Source: Octopus bimaculoides
Lineage: Eukaryota
DNA: 64,000 bases
Direction: 5' to 3'
Assembly: GCF_001194135.2 (NCBI RefSeq)
Contig: NC_068981.1
Span: 186,754,117-186,818,116, forward strand
Shown here piece after piece: positions 1 through 13,501 of this stretch; position 1 is the stretch's first letter, and every line of letters begins with the position of its first letter. The translations under genes were made by a program, and so were the position numbers. The notes below the pieces were generated by a model that searched no databases, was not told where the DNA came from, and saw only the letters and a list, made by a program, of their open reading frames with translations.

Positions 1-1344
1 GGAAGAAGCCCGTCGAGTATATATATATGTATTTGTGTGTGTGTTTATATATATGTGTGTGTATGTATATATATATAAATATATATGTGCGTGTATGTAT
101 TTATATATGTACATATATATTTATATGTATGTATGTATGTTTGTCCTCCACTCCCGTAATCGCTTGACAACCGATGCTGGTTTGTTTATGCCTCCGTAAC
201 TTAGCGGTTCTGCAAAAGATAGCGATAGAATAAGTACTAGGCTTACAAAGAATAAGTTCTGGGCTTGATTTCTTCGACTCTAACCGCTGTCAAATGACTG
301 AAACAAGTTAAAGAATAAAAGAATATATATATATATATATATATANNNNNNNNNNNNNNNNNNNNNNNNNNNNNNNNNNNNNNNNNNNNNNNNNNNNNNN
401 NNNNNNNNNNNNNNNNNNNNNNNNNNNNNNNNNNNNNNNNNNNNNNNNNNNNNNNNNNNNNNNNNNNNNNNNNNNNNNNNNNNNNNNNNNNNNNNNNNNN
501 NNNNNNNNNNNNNNNNNNNNNNNNNNNNNNNNNNNNNNNNNNNNNNNNNNNNNNNNNNNNNNNNNNNNNNNNNNNNNNNNNNNNNNNNNNNNNNNNNNNN
601 NNNNNNNNNNNNNNNNNNNNNNNNNNNNNNNNNNNNNNNNNNNNNNNNNNNNNNNNNNNNNNNNNNNNNNNNNNNNNNNNNNNNNNNNNNNNNNNNNNNN
701 NNNNNNNNNNNNNNNNNNNNNNNNNNNNNNNNNNNNNNNNNNNNNNNNNNNNNNNNNNNNNNNNNNNNNNNNNNNNNNNNNNNNNNNNNNNNNNNNNNNN
801 NNNNNNNNCGATCCCGAAAGGATGAAAGTCGATCTCGGTGAAATTTGAACTCACAACGTAAAGACAGACGAAGTACCGCCCGGCGTGCTAACGTTTCTTT
901 TCGGCTCTAAGCACAAGGCCCGAAATTTTGGGGGAGGGTGCCAGTCGATTAGATCGACCTCAGTACGCAACTGGTACTTAATTTATCGACACCGAAAGGA
1001 TGAAAGACAAAGTCGACCTCGGTGGAATTTGAACTCAGAACGTAAAGACAGACGAAATACCGCTAAGCATTTCGCCCTGCGTGCTAACGTTTCTTATTTC
1101 TTTATTGCCCACAAAGGGCTAAATATAGAGAGGACAGACAAGGACAGACAAAGGGATTAAGTCGATTACATCGACTCCAGTGCGTAACTGGTACTCAATT
1201 TATCGACCCCAAAAGGTTGAAAGGCAAAGTCGTCCTCGGCAGAATTTGAACTCAGAACGTAAAGACAGACGAAATAACGTTCAGCATTTCGCCCGGCGTG
1301 CTAACGTTTCTGCCAGCTCGCCACCCAAGATTAAAATTTTCTCA

Positions 1345-2600
1345 TGTTAGCAATGTTTTTCTTAAGACATGGACAGAACTCCTGAAAACATTTTTTAGTT
1401 ATTCTCATACTTCTGGGTTTCCTGCTATTGGACCATAATGATTAAGAGTTCTGTTTGGTATTATCCCTAAACTCCGATGATCACAGGTACAGATGTTGTT
1501 TTTAAATGCCACATACGAGTGGGTGCTGAAAAGTTCCGAGCTTTAAGGGTGTCACAAAAGTTATGATTGGAGGCCCAACCTTCCGAGTTCTTTTACAGGG
1601 AATAGAAAAACTGAAAGACCGCTGCAATAAGTGTGTGAATTTGAGAGGGGAATATATTGAATAAAATCATAATTAATTGATCCTCCCGCTTAAAAGGTTC
1701 CTGAATAAGGATTGTTTAAGGATGTTTCCAAAGGTGAATTATTCAAACCCCCAAAGAATTCCTTTCAACACATAGCTATGATGCTCCCCTATGATTACTG
1801 CTCGTGATCAGAGATGCATATATCGTCAGCCACTAAGGGACATGCTCAACTGATGAAAGTCAAACAACTGACAAGCAAATTTGTGGTATTAAGCAGAATA
1901 TTTGCTGTAGCCCATCTTTTATACCAAGACAAAACAATGTACATGATAACACTTCCAATCAATTAAAATCAAAAGCCATGAAAGCCACTGTTTGGAATGT
2001 ATCAGTGCATTTATTATTGTTGCTGTTAATGTTTACAACTATGTCCGGATTTCTTCTGCCCACCTGACGCATCTTAGCTTCCTAATCTATGTGTATCATT
2101 GTGTTTTGAGAATCTAGAATCGCATTTTTTCTTGCATTTGTTTTGCATGGTCGTTGTGTTTGCCTATTAGTAATTGTTTTATTGTTCTTGGTATCATTTT
2201 ATTGTTTCGTCTTGTGGTTTAGGATATGAATTGTATCTGGGAAATTCTTAATTCATAGATATAAACAAAGAAAATTGGTTATCTATAATTTCCTTGGTTT
2301 TTTTTTTCTATTTACCAACAGTAAAATTAGATCTTGTCTGATTTTGTTGGTATTATAAATCAACAGTAATTTCACAGCTCTTGGTTTGAGATTATATGTT
2401 AAATATAGAAATTTAACATGGAATGTTGTAGATAGTAATTTGTAGCAGTTAACATGAATGTATTTGTGAATGTCTGCATTGTGTGGTGGAAATGTTATGA
2501 AAAATATACATAGATATGTTCCTGCTTCTTGTAAACAGGATGATTTATCTTGTAAAGCTAGATGTGTGCAAATATAAATGGTCAATATAGGAAGAAAGAT
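1345..2600 (-). mobile_element. R4/Dong-clade LINE 3' relic (RLE C-terminus), interrupted
   Basis: WHLKTTSVPVIIGV*GII...NPEV...HVLRKTL (1345-1512) and ...GRRNPDIVVN (~2030-2110); split by a mariner MITE and a SINE-like repeat (1515-2010). Confidence 0.7.
1515..1690. mobile_element. Truncated copy of the same mariner MITE, inserted in a Dong LINE relic
   Basis: TACGAGTGGGTGCTGAAAAGTTCC terminus; internal sequence is the reverse complement of ~6130-6230. Confidence 0.75.
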
Positions 2601-3699
2601 TAGTTAAACGTGTAAATATTTATCGGTCGAAATTCTGTTGAGGCTATGCCGCAGTAGAAGTTAATTTATATCAAGACAGAGCGAAAGGGAAGCAAAGTAA
2701 CACTAGCACATAATTGCTGTTAGAATAAAAGATTTGGACACAAAGAGAGACTTGCTTGTGTCGTGCGAATGTCGACAATGGAGAAAAGGGGAGACGACTT
2801 GAGGTTGGGGAGCCTTTATAGAAGAATTAACTCGACAAACTACTATTTTCTAGTTGATTAAAACAATACGCGTGGCAAGACTAAGCTAAAATGTGGACGG
2901 TGGAAAGGATATTGATAAGTATTTGAAATGTGTTAATTTGTTGAGTTGTGGTTATGTAGAGTATGTGCTGTGTGAGTTATGGTTCGTACTAAAATATCGA
3001 ATGATGACTGTATGAAGTATGTTCAAAGTTGTATGGGTTATGTTATATTGTTGTTGGCAATTATTGATGTGGTTCAGAGTGTTGATTATGTAAGCATTTG
3101 TGTTGCATTATTATATGAGGTGGTAAGGCGGCGAGCTAGCAGAATCGTTACATTCCGGGCAAAATGCTCAGCGGCATTTCGACTGTCTTTAAGTTCTGAG
3201 TTCACATTCCACCGAAGTCGACTTTGACTTTCATCATTTTCTGGTCGATAAAATAAGTACCAGTGAAGTGCTGGGTTGATGAAATCGACTTGCTCCCGCT
3301 CCAAAAATTTCAGGCCTTGTGCTTATAGTAGAAAGGATCATTATATGAGAAGACGAATGCGTAATGTATGTGAATTGCGTTGTTGTTGTTGTTGTTGCTT
3401 AACTCTAGATCAACTCTAATGGATCACGCCCATGAGGAAAAGCATTCCAACCACGACCATCACTCCGTCTCTTTACGGTATGTAGAGCTACATTATCTGT
3501 GGCATGTCCGTTATACATAAAAAAACGATCGGGTGTGATTTGAATGAGATTTAGCTGTTAGTTTTAGCAGCTTTGATGTTCGCCTTAAAGCTGCTTCTGG
3601 CTGATAATTCTGCAAAGTATTTATTGAGTTGAGTTATTTCATAATGGAATAATAGCATGGTTACATGATTGTGTAAGAATTGTTTAAGCTGTCTTACGT

Positions 3700-4165
3700 T
3701 AGATGAGGGATCTACCTAACAGAGCTTTCTTTTGGACTGTGTATAAGTGTGCTTGTAATGCCTGATACGCGGCTTCCTAAGAAATAGTGAACAGGCGAAA
3801 GGCAAGAGTAAGTAAAGCAGACAGAAAAAGCGCTTCAAGGACCCACTCAAAGCTTCAATGAAGAGCTTTCAGATCTAACCCAACAGTTGGGAAAATCAAG
3901 CATAAGACAACCCTATAAGGCGAAGCTGCCTCAACAGAGGTTTCACCTCTTACGAACAGAACAGGATTGCAGTGGCCCAAAGAAAACGCGAATCACGTCC
4001 AGAGCGAACTCCTTGCTTTCAGTCCCAACCGACCACCAATACCCGACCTGCGGCAGAGCTTTCCGTGTACGGATCGGACTGCTTGGCCACAGCGTACACA
4101 CCGTGCCCCGTCTTCTCCCATGTGATATATCCTTGGTGATCGTCGATGGCGATGGACGAACTATT
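3700..4165 (+). mobile_element. RTE (BovB-like) LINE 3' end
   Basis: MPDTRLPK...QKKRFKDPLKASMKSF...WE...PTCGRAFRVRIGL; 3' end GATCGTCGATGGCGATGGACGAAC. Confidence 0.85.
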
Positions 4166-4319
4166 GTGTGCCCCAGTATACTCCTTATACTTTTGTCCAT
4201 GTTTATCTTAACCAGATGTTACTTGTACTGTTATCACTTCCATACCCCCACCTTTGCTTTATTTCCATTTTAAGCTAATCGTATTTTGATACTTTCTCGA
4301 TTTCTTGCCCGGCGAAATA

Positions 4320-4612
4320 TCAGTTTAAAAGTATCAAGATGTCTATCAAAGAACAGAGATTTTCGTTCCTGGCTTTGGCAATTATATGTGAGCACTCCAC
4401 ATTGATTGTTTTGTCAATTTGGCAACAATAATCGGGTATGTTCCATATTAGTGTTGCCAGATCCATGACATGTACGGCATTTGGTACATGTTCATACCAG
4501 TTCTTATCTGCTTTCCACTTCGACCTGTTGGCATGGCTATTAAATCGATTGTGTCTGAGGATGTAGCCTGACTTTACAAACTCCACAGTCAGAAACAATG
4601 TTTCTGTTAGCA
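4320..4612 (-). mobile_element. R4/Dong-clade LINE fragment (post-CCHC, RLE start)
   Basis: YILRHNRF...KNWYEHVPNAVH...TLIWNIPDY...DKTINVECSHIIAK...CSLIDI; adjacent to an (AC)n tract. Confidence 0.75.
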
Positions 4613-4646
4613 TAAGACATTAAACGAAATGAATAAAATTGCAATC

Positions 4647-4739
<93 letters not shown>

Positions 4740-5452
4740 GCGCCTATGTTTAAACGTATATGATTCTCTTTTTTGTTTACGGGAGATGTGTGTTCGGGTC
4801 CCACGAACAGCCTTCGGGTTCTCTTCGAAAGATTTCTAATCCCAATATTTACACACTAGTCTTTATAGCTTTATCTACTACGAGATTCGCTGACCCAAGA
4901 ATCATCTCACGTTCTCGAAGTTTCTAAATCTTTATGGTGTTAACATATACACACACTCACACACGCATACACACACACACACACACACAACAAAAATGAC
5001 CTTAGCAAGATTTGAACCCATAGCACACAGAGTCGGAACATGAGCTATTTTATTTCACGTTCTGACATGTCTGCCGAATTACTACCAGTAGTTTTCGCAT
5101 TGATAAATACCTGTCCTCGCCCCAATTTTGGCAAGGGCCAACAGTTTAGGGGAGAGGAACAAGTCGATTATATCAATCTCAGTGCTTAACTGGTGCTCAT
5201 TGTATCGGCTCCGAAAGGAGAATTGGCGAAGTCCACCTCGGCGGTATTTGAACTCAGAGAATAAAGAACCGAAAAAATGCCGCAAAATTCTGTCCGGGGT
5301 AGTAACAATTCTACCAGCTCACCGCACTTTCTCTCTCTTTCTCTCTCTCTCGCGCGCTCTCTCTCTCTTTCTCTCTGTCGCTCTCTTTTTTCTCTCTGTC
5401 ACGCTCTCTCTCTTTCTCTCCCTCTCTCTCACTTTATCGCTTTCTCTCTCGA

Positions 5453-5494
<42 letters not shown>

Positions 5495-5714
5495 TTGCTT
5501 TCTCTCGCTCTCTTCCTTTCTCTTTCTCTTTCTCACTCGCTCTCTTACTTTCTTTCTATCTCTCACTCTCTCTCTCTTTCACTCACTCTCTCTCTCACTC
5601 TCTTGCTTTCTCTTTCTCTCCCTATCAGCCCTTTCTTATTTTCGCATAAGGTCAGCAAATCTGAAGTCTGGAGATTCGATTCCATCAACCCCATTGGTAC
5701 TTAGCTTATCTCTC

Positions 5715-5900
5715 ATTTGGACTGTGTGTATAAGTTCCTGTAATACCTGACGGGCAACTCTCCAAGAGATTGTTTTACAGCGAACTCACGGAAGGCAAGC
5801 GCACGCAAGAAGGACAGAAAAAAAAGCGCTTCAAGGGCACACCCAAAACCTCACTGAAGGACTTTGATATCAATCGCGACAACTGGGAAACTCAAGCACC
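5715..5900 (+). mobile_element. RTE LINE fragment (second copy)
   Basis: PDGQLSKRLFYSELTEGKRTQEGQKK.RFKGTPKTSLKDFDINRDNWETQA. Confidence 0.85.
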
Positions 5901-6083
5901 ACTGGTACTTACTTTATCGACCCCGAGAGAATGAAAGGCAAAGTCGACTTCGCCGGAATTTGAGCTCAGAATATAAAGACGGACAAAATACCGCTAAGCA
6001 TTTTGTCCTGCGCGGTAACGATTTTGCCAGCGCGCTGTCTTCACTCGCTTTATTAATGAATACACAGAGTTTGCGTTCTTAAA

Positions 6084-6302
6084 CGAGGAGTGGCTGAAAA
6101 GTTCTTGGATTTGGGTGAAAGAAAATACAGGAGGATGAGTTAATTATGATTTTTATTCAATATATTCCCCTTCTCAGATTCACACACTTATTGCAGCCAT
6201 CCATCAGTTTTTCTAAGTCCTGTGAAAGAAATGAGAAACTTGAGTCTCCAGCCAAACCTTTTGCGACATCCTTAAAACCAGGAACTTTTCAGTACTCCCT
6301 GG
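6084..6302. mobile_element. Mariner-type MITE
   Basis: Imperfect TIRs CGAGGAGTGGCTGAAAAGTTCTTGG / CCAGGAACTTTTCAGTACTCCCTGG; a second truncated copy lies in opposite orientation at ~1515-1690. Confidence 0.8.
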
Positions 6303-6958
6303 TAATTCTTTTTCCTTTGCCATAGTGTTTAAAAAAAGACCGGTTAAAACCAGCTTTATTTTATTAAACGAAACAACTTTTCTCCTCACCCCAATTTCAA
6401 TTCTAGCAGTCTGTCCGGTGAGGATGCGAGCCTCACTTTCAAAATCACCGTGACGGTTTTTCCTTATGTGCTGAATATTTTTTGTATCCTGGTTCAGTTA
6501 GTTTCTATAAAACACTAAATCCATTTATGAAAGTTCTTTTCACCCCCTATCCACTGTTTATGTTGTTTGTAATGACGCTAATTATGTCGTTGTCATTACG
6601 GCTGATGGCCGCCTCTCATGTTATTGTAGTCGTTGCTAAGGCGGTGAGCTGGCAGAGTCGTTAGCACATCAGAAGAATGCTTAGCGGTATTTCGTCCGTC
6701 TTTACGTTCTGAGTTCAAATTCCGCTCAAGATGATTTTGCCTTTTTATGCCTTCGGCGTCGATGAAATAAGCATCCATTGAGCACCGGTCATCGATGTAA
6801 GTCCCTAGCGCTCTTTTCCACCAAAATTTCAGTCCTTGTGTCTAGGGTAAAAAGGGATTCTGTCGTTACTAGTGTTGTTGATTTTGACGTCAACATCGTT
6901 ATCATTATTATTATTGTTGCTGCTGTTGTTGGTGTTGTTGTTGTTATGTTTATTGTTT

Positions 6959-6995
<37 letters not shown>

Positions 6996-7342
6996 ACTGC
7001 TGCACATCCCCCACACATGGTCAGCCCTGATCGATCAAGCAATCAAAAGCATTGCAGCTCTCACCAGGCCATATGTCTTATTTTCTTTCCTTTTGTAATT
7101 GAATGTTAAAACTTCACATTGTTAAATTGGTCTTTTCTGATGTATAAGACGGCATGATGCGAATCGAGAGAATTTAGCTGTTATTTCTCGCAAGACGAGC
7201 GACTGCCTTATAAACTCTCTCAAGTGGTTCCTTGTTATTCTGACAGCTACCGTAAATATGTCTGCCATCGGGGCCGTCGAAATTGTTGATGTATTGTCTA
7301 CACCGATGAGACTGAATCATCGATTCCTCACCGTAAATATAT

Positions 7343-7395
<53 letters not shown>

Positions 7396-7662
7396 TTATG
7401 TGCGGTGGGGTGATATATATGGATTCTAGATGCATACAAACACACACAGCTTTATTATCGTATCTTTTCTTTGAAGGCTACATTCTCTTATTACACTTCT
7501 ATTTTTCCAAGAAAGTGTTTGTGTGTTTGTTTTTATTCAGAGTGATTTGATAACTTATATAATCTAACACGATGTTCTGTCCTGGCGCGATAGGGATTTT
7601 TAGCAAAATATACTGCTTTCAATCAAAGAAGAATATATCATGTCTGTACGATGAGAAGCTAA

Positions 7663-7723
<61 letters not shown>

Positions 7724-8039
7724 TTCAGCAACTTCTTACTTCCCACGTCGTATCTTTGTCACTTCTGTTTTATAACTTCGGTATTGGTATCATCCCCTTT
7801 TTTATTATTTTTCTCTAGTCTTTTACCTTTTACTTCTTTCAGTCATTATACTGCGCCCATGTTGGGGTACTAACTTGAAGAATTTTTGATCGAATGAATC
7901 AATTCCAGTCCTTGATTTTTTTTTTTATTATTATTTTTTTTTTTCTTTTTAGACTGGTACTTACTTTCTCTTATACCTGCGAAGAGAGCTTCCTAACCAA
8001 TCGGCCATACAGCATTTTCAATTTTGGTAATACAAAATG

Positions 8040-8230
8040 GTCTGTACTCGATGCGTTCGGTTATCTTGCGGAAATACGATAATCTGTCGAGCGTGCAGTA
8101 CACCTCTGTACTCTAGGCGTAACGACCGGGAACTGACGAGACCTACCAGCTCGAAAATTCTTACGCATGCGCAGGAAGGGTGGCGTCACTGCTCATCCAA
8201 AGGATTTCGCCCAAGTGGCATTAGTTTTAG
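8040..8230 (-). promoter_or_regulatory. CpG-rich promoter-like island
   Basis: Non-repeat patch with roughly 18 CpG in ~200 bp, NRF1-like ACGCATGCGCA (8163-8173) and half-CRE GGCGTCAC; on the - strand it is followed by ATG codons (8015, 8008) and donor-like sites (after 7977 or 7965). Confidence 0.5.
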
Positions 8231-9527
8231 CGGGAAAAAATAAAGTTGGATACTTTTAGAACGCAGCACGTATGTATGTATGTATGTACACGTACACACA
8301 CACGCATATATATATATATGTGGAAACAAAACCTCTAAAAACTTGAAACCCTTAAAATAATTATTACCCTTACCAGAATCAGAATCTCTATGACAATAAC
8401 ACATTATTAATGTATGGCATAATAAGCCTTTCCACTATAAGTACAGGGTCTAAAATTGTGTGGGAGGGAGGTAATCGATTACATCAATCTCCATTGCTCA
8501 ACTCCGAAAAGATGAAAGTCAAAGTCGACCTCGGCGGAATTTGAACTCAGAATGTACTAACGGACGAAATGCTGCGGTCGATTTGTTTGATTAAAGATGA
8601 TGCTCCAGCATGCTTACTGTCAAATGTCTGGAACAAGTAAAAGAATAAAAGAATANNNNNNNNNNNNNNNNNNNNNNNNNNNNNNNNNNNNNNNNNNNNN
8701 NNNNNNNNNNNNNNNNNNNNNNNNNNNNNNNNNNNNNNNNNNNNNNNNNNNNNNNNNNNNNNNNNNNNNNNNNNNNNNNTATATATATATATATATATAT
8801 GAGAGATAGAATCGCCTTTTGCTGGGAACATTTTGTCCGGCGTGCGAATGATTCTGCTACCTCACCGCCTTAAATGTGTGGTATAACACGATATTATATG
8901 TATGATATGATATGATATAAACAACAAAACCACTATAAAACAAGAGACCTTGAACCCTTACATAAGTTCAACCTTATGAGAACAAGAATTTCAATGAAGG
9001 ACAACTTAGAAATACGAGAACACACGATATAAAAGTCAACAAGAACATCGAACGTGTACGTCTCTCATCAGCTGCCTGACGGATATTATTGGGAAGTCTA
9101 TTCTTAACATCAAACACTTTCACCTTCAGACATGTTAGAGATTACTAAACACACTGAAAATAAGAAACAAAGATCGTACAACTCACATACTTAAATGAAG
9201 GCTATATCGAAAAATATAGTTCTTGATATACTAACGACGAGTGAATATAAATGGCTGAATATACCTCAGATAAGTGTACCCCCTACCATGATCCTTAAGT
9301 GGCATCAGTGTCACGCAGCATGTAAGAAGGTTGGGTCTTTGAATTGAAAGTACAATCCCTCCAACGAGCTTCTGTGCAGTTTCCGTCTACGCAATTTCAC
9401 TCAAGAAATTTTGCTTGACCCAAGATTTGAAGATTAAAATAAAGGGTCATTTGCCTTAGATAGGGGTCACGCAGTGAGATCGAACTGAGGAGTTTGTAAT
9501 TGCCAAGTGAATGTTATAACCAGCTGA

Positions 9528-9597
<70 letters not shown>

Positions 9598-9621
9598 ATA
9601 CATATGTATACACACACATAC

Positions 9622-9652
<31 letters not shown>

Positions 9653-11410
9653 TACATATATATATACACACACACACACACATATATATTCACATATATA
9701 TATACATACACATATATATACATACACACACGCTTATATATATATACTTATATAGATATATATGTGTGTATACACATATATATATTTATATATACACACA
9801 AACATACATGTATTATATGAGANNNNNNNNNNNNNNNNNNNNNNNNNNNNNNNNNNNNNNNNNNNNNNNNNNNNNNNNNNNNNNNNNNNNNNNNNNNNNN
9901 NNNNNNNNNNNNNNNNNNNNNNNNNNNNNNNNNNNNNNNNNNNNNNNNNNNNNNNNNNNNNNNNNNNNNNNNNNNNNNNNNNNNNNNNNNNNNNNNNNNN
10001 NNNNNNNNNNNNNNNNNNNNNNNNNNNNNNNNNNNNNNNNNNNNNNNNNNNNNNNNNNNNNNNNNNNNNNNNNNNNNNNNNNNNNNNNNNNNNNNNNNNN
10101 NNNNNNNNNNNNNNNNNNNNNNNNNNNNNNNNNNNNNNNNNNNNNNNNNNNNNNNNNNNNNNNNNNNNNNNNNNNNNNNNNNNNNNNNNNNNNNNNNNNN
10201 NNNNNNNNNNNNNNNNNNNNNNNNNNNNNNNNNNNNNNNNNNNNNNNNNNNNNNNNNNNNNNNNNNNNNNNNNNNNNNNNNNNNNNNNNNNNNNNNNNNN
10301 NNNNNNNNNNNNNNNNNNNNNNNNNNNNNNNNNNNNNNNNNNNNNNNNNNNNNNNNNNNNNNNNNNNNNNNNNNNNNNNNNNNNNNNNNNNNNNNNNNNN
10401 NNNNNNNNNNNNNNNNNNNNNNNNNNNNNNNNNNNNNNNNNNNNNNNNNNNNNNNNNNNNNNNNNNNNNNNNNNNNNNNNNNNNNNNNNNNNNNNNNNNN
10501 NNNNNNNNNNNNNNNNNNNNNNNNNNNNNNNNNNNNNNNNNNNNNNNNNNNNNNNNNNNNNNNNNNNNNNNNNNNNNNNNNNNNNNNNNNNNNNNNNNNN
10601 NNNNNNNNNNNNNNNNNNNNNNNNNNNNNNNNNNNNNNNNNNNNNNNNNNNNNNNNNNNNNNNNNNNNNNNNNNNNNNNNNNNNNNNNNNNNNNNNNNNN
10701 NNNNNNNNNNNNNNNNNNNNNNNNNNNNNNNNNNNNNNNNNNNNNNNNNNNNNNNNNNNCTGTATGTATGTATGCATATATATGTGTGTGTATGTGTGTG
10801 TGTATATGTATATATATGTTTATGTATATATATATGTATATATATACGTGTGGGTGGGTGTGCGCGCGCGCTGAGACCTCCTTCGGTCATGACTGACCAT
10901 GGGATTGCACCTAGAAAGTTACCCTCCCAGGCACAAGACTGAGCAAGGTTATTTATGGAAGACCAGCAGTCGCCCTAGTGGTATCCAAGGGAAAGGCAAA
11001 GGGGCCAATACAGCTTGGCACCAGTGACGTCGCAACTCATTTCTACAGCTGAGTGAACTGGAGCAACGCGAACTAAAGTGTCTTGCTCAAGTATTATATA
11101 AACACACACACACACACACACATATATATAAATATAATACTTATTCGCCGTGTTTGATAGTTCTTCATGTATACTCGATTACCGTTTTCTCTACGAATTG
11201 TGTGTTTTTCTCGCGGGCGAATGTAAGATATCAGGTCGTATTTCCATGTTGCTTAGGGTCAATTTCCAATATATTTCGCCTCACCAAGGCACCTTGCTAT
11301 CAGTCTTGTATGTAGCATTTAGATTTCGGCCATCGTTTAACACACGTGTGAAATTTGACTACCTACTCTTGGTATACATGCATGTATGTATATGTAATAT
11401 AATATGCATG

Positions 11411-11442
<32 letters not shown>

Positions 11443-12856
11443 GAGGCGTAATGGCCCAGAGGTTAGGGCATGGGATTCGCGGTCGTAGGATCGCGGATTC
11501 GATTCCCAGACCGGACGTTGTGAGTGTTAAATTAGCGAAAACACTTAAAGCTCCACAAGGATCTGGCAGGGTGGGGGCGAGCCCTGCTGTACTCTTTCAC
11601 CACAACTTTCTCTCACTCTTANNNNNNNNNNGACAGTAAGCATGCTGGAGCATCATCTTTAATCAAACAAATCGACCGCAGGATTTATTTTTTGGCAGGC
11701 TAGTACTTATTCTATTGGTGTATTTTCTTGAACAACTAAGTTATAGGGATGTAAACACACCAATATCGGTTGTCAAACATATATGTATATGCATATGTAT
11801 ATATGTATATGCATCTGTATGTATGTATGTATGTATATGCATCTGTATGTATGTATGCATATATATGTGTGTGTATGTGTGTGTGTATATGTATATATAT
11901 GTTTATGTATATATATATGTATATATATACGTGTGGGTGGGTGTGCGCGCGCGCTGAGACCTCCTTCGGTCATGACTGACCATGGGATTGCACCTAGAAA
12001 GTTACCCTCCCAGGCACAAGACTGAGCAAGGTTATTTATGGAAGACCAGCAGTCGCCCTAGTGGTATCCAAGGGAAAGGCAAAGGGGCCNNNNNNNNNNN
12101 NNNNNNNNNNNNNNNNNNNNNNNNNNNNNNNNNNNNNNNNNNNNNNNNNNNNNNNNNNNNNNNNNNNNNNNNNNNNNNNNNNNNNNNNNNNNNNNNNNNN
12201 NNNNNNNNNNNNNNNNNNNNNNNNNNNNNNNNNNNNNNNNNNNNNNNNNNNNNNNNNNNNNNNNNNNNNNNNNNNNNNNNNNNNNNNNNNNNNNNNNNNN
12301 NNNNNNNNNNNNNNNNNNNNNNNNNNNNNNNNNNNNNNNNNNNNNNNNNNNNNNNNNNNNNNNNNNNNNNNNNNNNNNNNNNNNNNNNNNNNNNNNNNNN
12401 NNNNNNNNNNNNNNNNNNNNNNNNNNNNNNNNNNNNNNNNNNNNNNNNNNNNNNNNNNNNNNNNNNNNNNNNNNNNNNNNNNNNNNNNNNNNNNNNNNNN
12501 NNNNNNNNNNNNNNNNNNNNNNNNNNNNNNNNNNNNNNNNNNNNNNNNNNNNNNNNNNNNNNNNNNNNNNNNNNNNNNNNNNNNNNNNNNNNNNNNNNNN
12601 NNNNNNNNNNNNNNNNNNNNNNNNNNNNNNNNNNNNNNNNNNNNNNNNNNNNNNNNNNNNNNNNNNNNNNNNNNNNNNNNNNNNNNNNNNNNNNNNNNNN
12701 NNNNNNNNNNNNNNNNNNNNNNNNNNNNNNNNNNNNNNNNNNNNNNNNNNNNNNNNNNNNNNNNNNNNNNNNNNNNNNNNNNNNNNNNNNNNNNNNNNNN
12801 NNNNNNNNNNNNNNNNNNNNNNNNNNNNNNNNNNNNNNNNNNNNNNNNNNNNNNNN

Positions 12857-12896
<40 letters not shown>

Positions 12897-13144
12897 AAGA
12901 TATATATGCAGAGAGGGAGAGAGAAATAGAGAGACAGATAGAAAGACAGTGTGAGAGGGAGAGAAACATGAAGGTCTTACTATATAAATATTAATATGTA
13001 TTTTGATATGCATTAACGTATAGGTGTGCGTGTGTAGGTCCGTAGATGTATGTGTATATGATGTGTTTTTTTGTACGCTGATAGGTTGTATCGGTTATAT
13101 CATTGATTGATTGAACGATCAAGTGGGTGGTCGTAAAATTGATC

Positions 13145-13176
<32 letters not shown>

Positions 13177-13501
13177 ACCTGTCGTAGGTTGGTGAATTGC
13201 TTTTTTGTTTTTTCTTTCTTTAACTGTTGGATGAATCGAAGACGTTTTCTATGCAAGATTCCTTTTAACGTCAGATGAATTCTAAACAGATGCACTTTTG
13301 CAATAACCATTTCTAGGTAATATCTGCAAAACAGCTGAACATTGCGTTTCATTCAGCTTATAAAGGATATTCTAGAAAAAGTACAACTTACCTCATTTTT
13401 TTCTACATCATTCTATTCCCTACAACTCACACATCCCAAGCCACATCTCTCATGTACTGCATTAACATCATTTATTTCCTGTCTTCATTTCTGAAATTCT
13501 T

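Noticed and set aside
8975-9130. GPCR TM6-like frame (ERRTRSMFLLTFISCVLVFLSCP) on the - strand
   Set aside because: Bounded by stops, with no other TM segments or DRY/NPxxY motifs
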